NCBI GenBank assembly: GCA_013239625.1
Contig: MU054323.1
Location: 7,367,220-7,431,219 of the forward strand
Direction: 5' to 3'
DNA from: Lama guanicoe
Lineage: Eukaryota
DNA: 64,000 bases
Part shown: piece after piece, positions 39,150-52,060 of the stretch
Layout of the letters: each line of letters begins with the position of its first letter
How positions within the stretch are numbered: the stretch's first letter is position 1
The notes under the pieces: generated by a model
Told to the model about the DNA's origin: nothing
The model's database searches: none
Seen by the model: only the letters and a program-made list of their open reading frames with translations
Translations under genes and position numbers: made by a program

Positions 39150-39742
39150 CTGCCAAGGAGATAAAAATTCAACAGGTGTCTATTAAACATCCCTTACTCT
39201 TGCTTCTCTCTCAGAAAGCACAGATGGGAGAAATGCTTCTGAAAAAGAAGGATGACGAAAGAAATGGAGACCTGGGTCATAGATACTACTGGTCTTCTGA
39301 GACACAAGGGATTTAGAGAAATGATGAGGCCATGTGTATCACTTCTCTTTAGAAAGATATCCCTGTTGCTCCCACACCATCAGAGGGGCACTTCTTTTTG
39401 AATGCAAGGGCTGAGAAAAGACAGGGCATCTATAAATTCTGAGAGAACGATTTCCAATCGTTTAAAAAATCCTCATGACTTTTAGATACAGGTCTTGAAT
39501 TCAAAAAGACCAAGAGAAAACTAAAGCACCATGAAAAACAGAGGGCTGAGGAAAAGTACACTTAACACTGGTTGAGCAGAACTGAGGAACACAAGCTGGG
39601 GCAGGTTCAATAGAGGGTGGAGTTGGAGAAGATTCCTTGGTATCCAACATTCCCTTTCAGTGCCTTTCTCTTCTTTTACTATGCTTGCTTCATAACAGGA
39701 GCCCCGTCTTAGATTGAAATTATTTAGTCTGTTACTTTCATT

Positions 39743-39834
39743 TCTTTTTTTTTAATGGAGGTACTGGAGATTGAACCCTGGACCTCATGCATGCTGAGCA
39801 CGTGCTCTGCCACTGAGCTCCACCACCACTCCCC
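39743..39834 (-). mobile_element. tRNA-derived SINE (camelid Vic-1-like)
   Basis: Reverse complement of the SINE at 21598; degenerate TSD tagtctgttact / tagtcctttact. Confidence 0.88.
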
Positions 39835-42726
39835 TAGTCCTTTACTCTAAACAAGAGTTCTGGCACTCTAAAAATGTGAAGATCCACTAAGGTGGGATAT
39901 CAGATGGTGCCACACCTGGATGAAAGAAGGGTTTTTGAGTGGTAGGCTAGTGTTGTGTACCTGTGCTGCTAACAGGGAGCTCTTGGCTGATTATGATTTA
40001 CTCCTTTAATTTAGCATGTTATGTTTATCCCCATCAGGGCACACCTAAACTAACTGGGACTGTGGCTATATAATTCTCTGTGTTGAAGTCTGGCAGATGC
40101 TTTAAGACATGAGTGATGATGACTCACTGACCAGAGATGGCTGCCGTGGCTTGCATCTACTTTGGCTCTAGGTTCTTGGAGTTCCAAAAACCCTTGATTG
40201 GGATTTAGCAGAAAGACAAGATATGAAATATGACAAAAATGTGAAAAAAAATTAAAGACATGAGTTCAATATTCGTTAAATCTTATTATAATTACTAAGG
40301 GGAATCTCAGAAGGATGAAGCTAAATTAACAGAGATCTGTTTGGACTTTTCCTGTATGAAATTAACTATATTTTCCTTAGTTTTTTTTTTTAAACCTTCC
40401 TGTATTTCTGTCTCTGTGTTTAGCTTAACTTGGTCTTTCCTCTAAAATGGATTTTTAAAAAAAAATGTGCTGTAAGTCTCCTGCCAATGACACTTCTCAA
40501 CACTACATAATTTTAGGTATGCAAATGTCAGTCTCTAGCATGTGTTATCATCTTCTCAAAAGATAACCTCGTAATAAGAACATGCTACCATAAGTTGGCT
40601 TTAATACTTTAGGGTCACGGCTCCAAGGTCAGGGCTGAACTGTAATATTTGTGCCTTAAAGATGTTTCTCTGAAATAAGAGGACTATCTTTATCTTTTAA
40701 ATGGGTGGTGGGTGTGGGCATGGACAACAAAATGAACATTTCACAATACAAGTGGACACTATTATGGAGGGAGTGGCAGCCTAAGAAGTGGGACTGAAAG
40801 TGGCTGTCCTCTGTTTTTTGGCAAAGAATACAATAGGTTCCTGTGTGCAAAAGAGCTCTCCTTTCTGCACCACAGTGCATCTCCCTGGGAGGGTCAGCCC
40901 TGTTTGTCATTTAGACCTGGGTGCGGATGACATAGTTGCTTTCACTGGTTGTACTTTCCAGCCAGAAACTAGAACTTGACGCTGATGAGAGGTTTTAATG
41001 TCAGTGAAAACTATGAGGGAAATTAGAAAGGTTCCTTATTCTTCTGCTTGAGCTGATTTTCATTTTCAGAATTAGTTAGCCAGGAAATGTCTGACTTTGA
41101 GGAAGTATGCAGCTCAGTTCCTTAGATCTTAAATCAAGAAGAGATGCAGTACTCACCCAATCTTCATGTTCTTCCAGGGCTCCTGGCCACCAATTCTTGC
41201 TCAGTGAGCCTAATCCCTAAGCCATGAGACCTGAGATCTCAGCTAAACCCTCCCAGCATAAATCTTCCTGGGCTGAAATATCAGGTAGTATTCTGACCAA
41301 CATTCTGCTGCGATATTCACCGTGGAAACTTTTAATCCCTTGGACAATCGCCCTTACCAATAAAAAATAAGCTGTTCTGCCAGGAGTGAGACAACACTCT
41401 TCCTAGAGACTGAGGGTCTCGGAGAGAGTGCTTGGAAATTGTCTGCTGGATGAGGAGACACTCTGCGTGATACAACTCACAATTATCAGGCCTCCCCTCC
41501 CATAGAATACAGCTGGGAGGCAGGAGAACCCTACAGTCTCTCTAAGGCTTTAGAGATAGGTAAATGCCTAAAAATAATAATGCTGTTTGGTCATACTGGG
41601 AAAAGTATGGGGCACGCTATGATGTATAATACTTAAAACAGTCCTTTTCATATACACACATATATAGATAGATTGTTAATTCATTTTTCTGTTATCATTA
41701 GGAATAAGGGTTTCCTGTGGGGTCATGGTATGTTAAGGGCAAAACTAAGATCAAAATTTAAGGTTCCATTCTCTCTTGTTTTTTGTTTATAACTAATTGT
41801 TTTCAATAATATCAGGTTCTTGGGCATAGAGACTCTTCTTTGTTGCTATGTAGAGGGGTCAGATGTCTTTAGGTTATTTAAACTTGACCTGCCACTCTCC
41901 TTGCAAAATGGTAGTGGGTGTGGGCATGGACTGGGCAGGTGGCTTTGGGTCTGCCTGAATGGCACTTTGCTTAGTATTAACTCTTTTAAAAGATCAACTT
42001 CGCTATAGTTAGTGGTTATCAAATGTTTTTCCATCCTAATCCAATGAGGGATCAGTCATATTCCCATATTAACAGTGAGACACCACTACAGTAGTTTCCA
42101 GGGAAAGAGGTATGAGGAGCTATTACAATACATATAATTATTATAATATGAGAGGGTATATATAGTTTGGAAAAAGTCCCTCAGGTGACAATGACCCACT
42201 ACGACTTTTGAAAATCATTGGTTTAAATAATTAATAATGATTGATTTTGGGGAACAGATGACGATGCAACATACAAAGATGTAACAAGGTGATGGTGTCA
42301 AACCCCCCAGATTAGACAATATGTTGATCAACCCTAAACCTTGAATGTTGATTGAAAGATTTCATTATTTAGGCAAGAATGAACAGTAAGAGGCTGCATC
42401 AAATACCTCTGCGAATGCACATCTTTGGGACCACACACCTCTCTGAGGGTCATACACTCTTTAATTGTCATCTGAAGGAAGGGAACTCCACTTTAAAGAA
42501 TTTCTGACTATATGTTTAGGTAAGTGCCCAAGCTTGGCAAGGCTCCTTCTCTTTTAGAAGCTAATGCTTTAGCAATTATTTAAACTCTGCCAAACACAGC
42601 TGGTAGCTTCTCAAGAAAAACCCCACATGCACAGCTTTTTCCAGCTGGCAACCCCGGGTAACAGAGCTCTCCCGCCCTTTGATCAGCCCTTGGCCACCCG
42701 CCTGCTGCTGCTGCTCTACCACTGAC

Positions 42727-42816
42727 CGTGTGCAGTGCTGCAGACGGGCCACATAGGAGGCTATCAGCGCATGCTCATCAGCCAAGTGACTGGGTATCTC
42801 CTGGCTATACTGTAAC
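42727..42816 (-). CDS. DTNB: DTNB coding exon, 90 nt, phase 2-2 (frame-neutral): [29 protein letters not shown](R); first syntrophin-binding helix
   Basis: Acceptor ttgttcctag|GTTACAG, donor ACACG|gtcagt; contained in ORF-track entry 42576..42881(-). Confidence 0.95.
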
Positions 42817-43454
42817 CTAGGAACAACGGAGGCAAAGACAGCAAGCGTGACATAGACACACACAGGGCGAGAAATGAACATGGATTAAAATGGGCAAACT
42901 TCAAAGAAAAATAGAAAAAAAATAATAAATTATGATACAGAAAACAATAAAAACCACAATGCAGAATGGAATATGGTGTTAGACCACAGGGAATACACTC
43001 ACAAATCCTTTAAACAAAAGCAGTCCCCTAGGAGATGGCTCTGGCCGACTACACTACAGCCCTTAAGAAGGAGAAACCAAGGAAGGGTCGCCAAGGAGCC
43101 TTGCCGAACTTTGTCCAGGTTCTGGGCTCTGTGATGAATGCATCTTTTAGGGAACGCCTCCTGGCAGGAAAATTGAGTGGGTCTATTTAAGCACTAAATG
43201 GCCCCCTAGTGTTTCTATAGCTTTTGTCTACATGCAAGAGTTTTCAGAGTTACCTCATGACACCGGTTAAACCTTTTTATTCTATAAGGACATTGTCTTT
43301 AGCATCTTTCTATTTTCTCTCATAAAATTGGCATTTAAACCAAAATTAAATTAAAATTAAAACTGTTAAAATTGTATGTAATTGTAAGACAATGTTGCAC
43401 ACAATCTGAGTGAGACTCTCTTACAGATACACGGAAGGCCCTTAAGCACATGAT

Positions 43455-46370
43455 CTTTTTTTTTTTTAACTTTTTACCACAGAAATGTTAAAATATTGCA
43501 CAAAACAGAAAAAGAATAATCTAAAGACTACCCTTCATGTACTTATCACCAGAGTTCAACGAAAATCAACATTCTGTCAACTTGTTTAATTTATTCTTCC
43601 TTCTTCCAACTTTTGTGCAGGAGGAGGTGGCCAGAGCAATCCCAGATAATTTACTATTACACCTGGGAATACTTGAGCCTGTATGTCTATCAGAGAAGAA
43701 ATTTATACAAGCTCAACACCACTATTACACCTAAAAAATAAACAGAAATTCTTTAATGTCTTAGTCCATCTGAATAATTTCCTCAAATCTTAAAAAATAT
43801 CCTTTTATAGTTAAAGATCCAAACAGGTCTGCACTTTGCATTTGGTTGATATGTTTGTATATGATATTATGCTTCTGTTTTTAATCTATAACAGTTCTTC
43901 CTTTTTCCTGTTTCTTTCATGTCATTAATTTGTGAAGAAAACAGGTTATCTTGTAGCATATCCTACATTTTGGATCTGATTGATTGTTTCCTGTGTTGTC
44001 ATTTAATTCATTTCTCTAGTTCCCGTGGGGTCAGAGCTTGAAGTCTGACTAAAGTTTTTGCTTTGGTTTTGTTTTGGGAAGGGTCTAGAATCCATCATAT
44101 GTAATATGGTGTGCTTATAAATGGAGTAGGAGGCACATAATGGAATGGAAGGTAAATACTGATTAGTAGATTCAGATGTTCTTGGTTTCATCTCTCCATT
44201 ATTCCCCGATCAACTTTTCACCTAATAGTTTTAGCATGTACTGATGATTCTTGCCTAGATTCACTATTTCATGAGGTGTTGCAAAATGTTGATTTTCCAA
44301 TTTTATCATCTTTTCTGCTTATTAATTTCACCTCTTTGCTTATTGTGAAACACTGCTCATTCAGGAAAGGTAAAACAAATGGTTAATATTTCTTATTATT
44401 TAACAACAACAAAAACAGAAAAACGAGTTACTGCCCTAGCAGTTTGTTTTTCAGTATCATTATGAAGTCATAGATTTTTATGTATCTGATGTGCTTCAAT
44501 CCATTGCATTCATCTTTTTGGGATTCAAATTGTCCTAACCTTTGGCCAGTGGGAGCCCCTGGAAGCAGGCTCCTGTGTTCTTCTGACATATCCATTAGAG
44601 CTTCCTTGTCTGCACAATGAGATGTCCCAGTCTCATCTTGTATACATTCTGCTTCATATTTGCAATCAGCCATTCTTCCAAGGATCTCAGGTTTCCTTTA
44701 CTGAGAAAGAGTATTCAGAGGCCACAATCACGGTACTAGGGTGCTCACTGTTCCCGGGTTGTCACTGCTTCCAGACCTTTTCAGTGGACAAAGGTAGGAA
44801 ATTTTTGTATTTTAGGGAGAATAAAACAAAATTCTCTCAGCACTTTCAGACATCATTCCATCTTCCAGCTTGCATTGCTTTTTAAAGAGAAGTCATTGGA
44901 AAATCGTACCCTTGTTTCCCTGCGTGTAACATGTATTTTTTTCTCTAGCTGTTTTCAGTATTTTCTCTTATTACTGGTTTTCAGCAAGTTGATTCTGATG
45001 TGCCTTGGTATGGCTTTCTCTGTGTTTATCCTGCTTATAGTATGCTGAGCTCCTTGTATCTGTGGGTTTGTAGTTTTCATTGAATATGTAAAAATTTATT
45101 TGGAAATTTGGAAAAAATTATTTTCTTGAATAATTCTTCTCTTCCCCCTCTGTTATACTGTGACATTGTCCCACAGGTCACTGAGGCTCAGTACATTTTT
45201 CAGCCATTCTTCTGTCTGTGCTTCACTGTGCATAGTTTTGTATTGCTATGTCTTTAAGTTCAATGAACTCTTTTTCTGCAACTTGTGATCTACTGTTAGG
45301 TCCAACCATTTAATTTTTCATTTCAGGTATTATCCCTTTAAACTTTAGAAGTTCCATTTTTTTACTTAAACATTTTTTTATGGAAGTAGACTATATGCAG
45401 AAAGTTCTAATTACACTTACACTTGGTTCTTTTTTCTCACGTTTCCTCCTGATTTTGTTCATATTTTCCTTTATATTTTTTATTTTAATTTTTTTCCTTT
45501 ATATTTTTGCTATTTATCATGGCTGCTTTAAAGTCCGTGTCTGCTAATTATATCATGTCTGTTATTTCTGGCTCTGTTTATATAAACTAGTTTTCTCCTG
45601 GTTACAGGTCATACTTTTGTGCTTCTTCCTATGTCTTCTAATTTTTTTTACCAGATGGTACAAATTCTGAGTATCATGTCATTGAATGTCTGGATTTTGT
45701 TGTCTTCCTCTAAAGAATGTGGCAATCAGTTAATTTACCTGTGGACAGCGTGATCCTTTTGAGGCTTCTCTTTAAGCTTCATTTGTGTGGATTGAGAATA
45801 ACTTTTATTTAGGGCTATTTTCACTCAGCCCCTAACATGTGGTTTTTCTGGGGTCTTTACTGAATGCCTCAAGTGTTCAATGATGTCTCTCTACTCTGGC
45901 TGGCTGAAACTCAAACAACGTGTGTGAGCTCAGGGAGCTGTTCCATTTTCAAATCCCCAGGAGTTGTTTTTTCCCTGGTAGTTGTTCTTTGCTGGTCTCG
46001 TGAAATCTCATTCTATGCAAATACAGCTTAGTTTTCAGCTAAAGACTCAAGGGAGCTCTCTTCGGAGTTCTTTCTCTGCACACTTCATCCTCTCTGGTGT
46101 TCCGCTGTGCAAATTCCAGCCTCCCCAAACTCCAAACTCTTCCTTCTCATTCTCAGCAAGATTGTCTTGCTCCGCTTGTATCCCGTCCTGGAGTTTGGCA
46201 AATGCCTCCCAGCAGAAAGCCTGGGCAATCAGAGGCCTCTCTCATTTGCTTCCCTTCCCTCAGGAATCAGTTCTGTGCTACTTACTGGTTCAGACCAGTT
46301 TTCTAGCTGTTTATAGTGGGAAAGCTACTCTGATACCAGTTAGTTCACCATAACCAGAGTGGAAGCTCCT
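43455..46370 (-). mobile_element. Old L1 (L1M-type) fragments: 3'UTR and ORF1/5' regions
   Basis: Antisense motifs catgtacttatcaccagagttcaac, gtcctaacctttggccagtgggagcccc, tattttctctta..ctggttttcagcaagttgattctgatgtgccttggt. Confidence 0.75.
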
Positions 46371-46489
46371 ATGTAACTCATTTTATCATGCTTTTGTAAA
46401 GTATCATTCCACTTCAAATGAGAAATTAAACAAGTCAAACTGCTTCATTATGACAGATGGACTGAGAAGTAGTGCTATAAAACCTTGCA

Positions 46490-47420
46490 CACCATTAAAA
46501 AGGCTTTAGCTGTTACTCTGATATTAGAAGTTACTGGAAGGTCTTGAGCAGAAGTGAGGGATGATGTAGCGTATACTTTAATAGGGTCATCTGCTCTATG
46601 AAAGATTAAGCGCCAGGGAGCAGGGGAAGCAGCAGCCAATTAGGAGGCTACTGAGCATTCCAGATGAGAGACAAGAGTGGTCAGGAAACAGAAGTAGCAG
46701 TAGAAGTGGTAAGAAATAGCACGATCTTGGATAGACTTTGACAGTGTTTTTGGATAGAGATGACCTCATAATCTGACAGTTTAGATGGGAGAAGAATCAA
46801 GGGTCTGACTAAGCAGCTAGGAGAATGGGACTGCCATTCACAGAGATGGGGAAGACTAAGGGAGAAGTAGATTTGATGGGAGAAGATACAGAAGTCACTT
46901 TAAAACCTGCTAATTGTGAAATATGTAGTAAATATCCAAGTGAAGGTACTGATTAGGAGCAAGATAAGTGAGGGAAAAGGGAAAGGCTCAGGGGGAAGGT
47001 CTGGGCCAGAAAAATAAGTTTGGATGTCACCAGTATGTGGCTATCACCGAAAGCTATGAGTCTGGGTGGGATCACTTACAGGCAGTACAGACAGAAAAGA
47101 GAAGTGGTCCCTCTTATATACTAACATTTAGAGTTCAAAGAGGTATGGAAAACCCAGCAAAAGGGGCCGAGAAGAACCAGGAGGAAAACCAGAAGAGCAC
47201 AGTATCTGGAGGCAAGTGCAGAAAGTGTTCAAGTAGAAGGGAGCGATCATCTACGTTGAATGCCACTGAGAGGTCGAGTCAGACAGAGCCTGAGAATTCA
47301 CCACTGGATTTAGCACCGTGGAAGTCACTGGTCTCCTTGACAGAAGTGGTTCTGGCAGAGTAACGGGAAGTGAAAATCTGACCAGGGTATGTTCCAAAGG
47401 AAATGGCAGAACAGAAATTG
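46490..47420 (-). mobile_element. L2 fragment
   Basis: Purine-rich antisense L2 motifs ggaaggtcttgagcaga, ctgccattcacagagatggggaagact, ccactggatttagca..tggaagtcactggt. Confidence 0.8.
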
Positions 47421-48473
47421 GAGACATTCACCATGGAAGCAACAGCCCATTAAACTCCACTTTAGTGTTATACGAAGACTGTTATTTAGAGCAAGTGCTG
47501 TTTGCCAGATAATTATGGATCTAAACCAAAATGAAAAGCACTAACACTAGCCACCTATGGTAAATAAGAAATTTAAATGCCCATGAATTTTCTGACAGTT
47601 TTGTTTGGGGCATGGGTGTTGTGTTGTTCAACTCACATTCAAAAGTCTGTTTTCCCAGATTTACTTTTTGAATTTTAACTCTTTCTTTTTTTGACTATAT
47701 ATATGCATAATATGTGTTACATATACAACCCCCAATAATCTGTTTAGACAATAAATTGACACTTCTGAAACTGTGATACACGCTATTCGGACTGACTGAA
47801 TAAGTAAATGGATGGCATAACAGGAGCCAGTTTCTCCCTGTTGGGGAGGGGAGTTACAGGGCACCAAGAGGGGACCGCTGGAGTGGACCAGCTGGCATGA
47901 TGTGTTAGAATCCAGTGCTCCAGTGTAATGCACATCCTGCATTTCTCAGCGCTCAGTGAAACAAGCAGGCAATGTTATAAGATGTTATGTTCTTGAAATA
48001 ACTGAAGAAGAAAATTGCTTTCCTGTAAGAAGTGCTGATTAGGAGGCAAGCAGCAGCAAGATTTGAAGAAAAGGAATACGTTTCTGGATAAAGCCTGGTG
48101 AGTCCTCACCCTCAGGCAGCTTAGAGTCTAGAAAGGCATCGAACAAACAGGTAATTTCAATACAATGATATGTACAAGATGCCACAGACGAATACTGCAT
48201 TTAGGGTATTAGGGAAGGCTTCCTGGAGGAGCTGAAGCTAAACTGAGAAGGCAGATTAGATGACAAAAGCAGGGAATAGCAGGAAAAGGATGGGAGGCAC
48301 CAAGGCTGAAGCAGCATATGCAGAAACCTGCTTGGAGAGCTGTGAGTGATTAAAGCAATTCTGAGCACAGATGCCCAGTAGCAAGGGTGGAACCGGTACG
48401 GGTGGAGAGGCCAGCAAGGGTCAGCTCAGAAGAGGCCCTGTAAACCACACTGAAAATGTGGGCCTTACCTTGC

Positions 48474-48658
48474 AGAACTGTGCTGCGACACACTAGCCAC
48501 ATGTGGCTGTTTAAATTCAAACTAATTTAAATTAAATAAAATTAAAAATTCACTTCCTCTCTCACACCAGTCACATTTCAAGTGCTCAGTACACACACGT
48601 GCTAATGGCTACCAGAGCACTTAGCACGAGACAATCCCATGCTCTCGGACAGCACTGC
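48474..48658. mobile_element. MER3-like hAT element within L2 fragments (~48080-48770)
   Basis: cactagccacatgtggctgtttaaatt ... cacatttcaagtgctcag ... ggacagcactg. Confidence 0.8.
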
Positions 48659-50669
48659 AGAGAGGACGAGCCACTGGAGGGTTTTGTCCAGGGGAGTAAC
48701 ATACTCAGATATGCATTTCAGAAAAATCCCTCTGGTTGCAAAGACAAGACAGGATGCTGGGGAGTGGACTGAGGTTTTCTAATAAAAAGATCCAGGAAAA
48801 AGGTTAAGCACGAGTACAACAGCACTGATTTGTTTCAAATGTCTGCTTTACTAAAGGAAGCTGAAATATTTTAAAAGTTGATGTTAAAAGGAATGAAAAC
48901 TATAGTTAAACATGGGTCTAAGGAGGATCAGCACAGGAATTTGAGCTTTGCTATAGGAATTTCCATCATGAGTGCAGACCTGCAGTGCCCCCCATCCTTA
49001 GAATGCAGTGCACTGCACTCAGTCAGCTTCTTAGGACACGGGGCGGTCAAGAGGTACCTAAGCTAATAGCCTCCAAAGCATACGTAAAAATGTAAAAGAC
49101 AGAAGGTGAGCAAGAGAGCGAGTGAGCGAGCGAGCGTGCGTGTGTGTGTGTATGTGTGCGTGCGCGTGTGTATGTAGGTTCTACTGGTCATTTGCTGGAT
49201 CTCAGTACTGGTCTGCCCTTTGATGGTATGAATCCAAGGTAGCTGGAAGAATCTGGATGACCAGAACTCATGCTATGGTCTGATTCCCCGGTGTCCCACA
49301 GGCACCTCTCACCAATATAACCTTGTTCTTTTCCTGACGAAGTCTTCCTCCTGTGTTTTGATCAAAGGTACCTAACTCAAGTCAGAAAGAGAACCAGCCA
49401 CCCATTTCCTCAGCCCCTCATCTCCAAAGTCTACAGAGCCTGGCTCCCTCAGGCATCTCAGTCTGAACATGACAACTCTGTACTCATAGTCTTTCTCCCC
49501 AAACCTGTTCCTCCTTCCCCTCTGCTCGGCAGACAATCCATAATGGATGTGATTCTTGCTCACGTTCAGGACCTCAAGCCTCAGTCCAATGAGATGAGGA
49601 AACTATTCAGATCAAGGTTTTTAAGTATGGACTTAGAAGTACTCAAGCTTTTTGTTTGTACAAACCTGAGTTAGGACTGCTGAAGGGTTTACCTTAAATG
49701 CTTGAATGGAAATGAAATTTAATCCCAACTCAGAAGCAGAAAGTTGGCAGGCTGCCCAGGCCATCAGGTGGACTTGGGAAATCTGCCAACACCGAGACCC
49801 TGCAGTTCCATAAGATTATGTGTTAATTTTCAATTACTCTGCTTTTCTGTCTTTCAAAAAAAGACTGGAGGAAAAAATAATTTCTGTGTTGCCTTGGAGA
49901 GGTTCTCACAAAGAATTCATACAAGGTAGTTATTTCACGGCCATGCTGAAAAACTCATTAATTCTTGCTTTTCACTCGAACTCTATTTTTCTCATTTCAC
50001 AGAAAGAGAGTCAGTGGCTTGAGTCCACTCATGATTAGTTTCTGACTTGACCAATTTCATTTTGCTTCCTTTCTCAGTTTCCCCAACATCTCTATTGTTT
50101 TCAGTCTGAAAAAATAGCATATTGTGGTTTTTGTCATTCTACTGTTTTCTGTAGATAACAAGACGAGCTCTTTACCTTAGCACCCGTCAAAAAGCCAGTT
50201 TAAAATCCTTGTAGGGAAACTCTTTTCTTAACTTGGTCATGTTTCTATAGCTCAGAAATAATATTTAGACTGTGGCACCTTCTGGCCTTTAACAACTGCT
50301 TTGCCTTCTTATGAAGTATGTATTAGAGTAAAAAAGCTCTGATAAAATCTTGCCTGATTTACTTAAGATTCCTCGAAATTGGCGACTTACTCAGAATCAG
50401 TGGCTCTCACGTTTACCTGTCACCACCAAAGATGCTGTTACGTCCCAACACAATGATATTCATAAACAGAACAGAATAGAAAGACTTAGCCCTTGAGAAA
50501 AATTAAAATGAGGTGGTAGGGGAAAAAAAGGTCTCCTGAAACAGATCTATGCAAATAGAGGTGCAATGGAACTTACTTATACATGCAATTTTTTTTTTTT
50601 CAGAAACCACCTGAAAAAGAAGTTTAAAGCTACATGTCTCTTCAACACCTCTACCTTCTCTAGGGACAG

Positions 50670-51145
50670 AAGACCCCCTTCTGTTAAGCACTGACCCTCC
50701 CACCCATTCAACCATGTTATTCTAGGTGGGGCCACTGAACAAAAAACCCTGGGGTGGGCAACATGATCCAAGATGGATCAAATGGAACTTTCACGCAGAG
50801 TTTTCAAACCAGATCCCCGTAGGGTAATGAGGTTACAAAATGTGAACATGTGGGTCTCTTGGCTACGTTCCCTGCTGTGGGGAAGGCAGTTATACTAGCG
50901 ATGGAGGAGTGGACGAGCAGTGAGAGGGTGGGGAGAGGGGGCAAGCAGGGAAATACCTACATGAATTAGAGTTCCCCTTGCTCTGTCATCGCTGAGGCTA
51001 TATGCCACCCTGCTCTGCCCACAGTCTGGTTACAAAAACAAAAATCTGTTTGTTTTCCCTAAGCTCATTCAAACTGAGCTTCTGTTATTTACAGAAGCAG
51101 CGCAGAGTTCTGACGTAAACAGAAACTAATACTAGAAGTGGGGTG
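50670..51145. mobile_element. Old ERVL-type LTR remnant (LTR16/33-like)
   Basis: ggggtgggcaacatgatccaagatggatcaa and terminal ctaagctcattcaaactgagcttctgttatttaca...aaactaatac. Confidence 0.45.
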
Positions 51146-51947
51146 TGACACTCATTGAGATGAGCTGAGTCAGGCTGAGATGTAGATGGGAGCAGAGCCC
51201 TCCATCCCAGGGAGGGACTACAGCAGCCTTCGCTATATGGCTACAGCACAGAGCCACTGGTTAACTGTAACCTCAGGGATCCTGGGACTTAGATCTTGTG
51301 TCCTTTACGCTGGAGTTCCAGGCACCTTGAGAGGAATAACAGGATGCAGCACTTCCTGAAGTCTTTAGTGTGACTTCGCAAGGGAAGGAGACGGGTTGTC
51401 TGCAAGCCAGTTGCCTCAGCTCGCCCAGGTGAGACACTGAAGACAACTAGGGTTTTTATGGTTGTTGTATGACTCCAGAAACCCCAAATATAAATCTCAA
51501 CTCTTTGGCGGGGTGGAGTAGGGGCAGGTGCCCAGTTATGCAGACAGTCTGAGGCTCTCAGTGCTCCTCAGATCAGCCGGTCAGCCTAGATCCTCCCACC
51601 CGAAGCCTTCTCATTCCTGCGTGGGCTTTCTTCTGGGTTTCTTGTCAGCTTAGGTTTCAGTTCTGTCCAGTGTGTTCAGTTACCATTCGTCCATCCGCTT
51701 CGCTGCTTCCAAAATGTTGCTGCCATTGTCTCCTCGTTCATTTTTCTCTGTTGTTGTTTCTACTAAAAAAAAAAAGTCTTGACTGTCATTTTCGTGGTGT
51801 TTCAGGAGGAAATAGGCAAATGTGGCTAAATATGTGTTTTGTTACTTCCCTTTCCCCCTTCTCTAAATTGCAATCATCTTATTTTCAGATCTCGACCTTT
51901 GTAGTTTGAGATGTAGTTGTGAGTTGTGAGTTTTAGAGGTGTGTGGG

Positions 51948-52060
51948 GTTTTTTTAATTTTAATATTTTTTATTGAGTAATAGACATTTTACAATGTTGT
52001 ATCAAATTCCAGTGTAGAGCACAATTTTTCAGTTATACATGAACATATATATATTCATTG
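51948..52060 (-). mobile_element. Short young L1 3' end
   Basis: ttttattgagtaatagacattttacaatgttgtatcaaattccagtgtagagcacaatttttcagttatacatgaa, near-identical to 22050-22140. Confidence 0.88.

Noticed and set aside
43199..43212. CTCF-like ACACTAGGGGGCCA (minus); also a weaker one near 12541-12560
   Set aside because: Mismatches at informative positions; not supportable without a PWM score or ChIP data
47661..47942. 93-aa minus-strand ORF considered as a homologue of alpha-dystrobrevin variable exons
   Set aside because: No EEH/DEH-LI-Y motif or other similarity and no convincing splice-site pair
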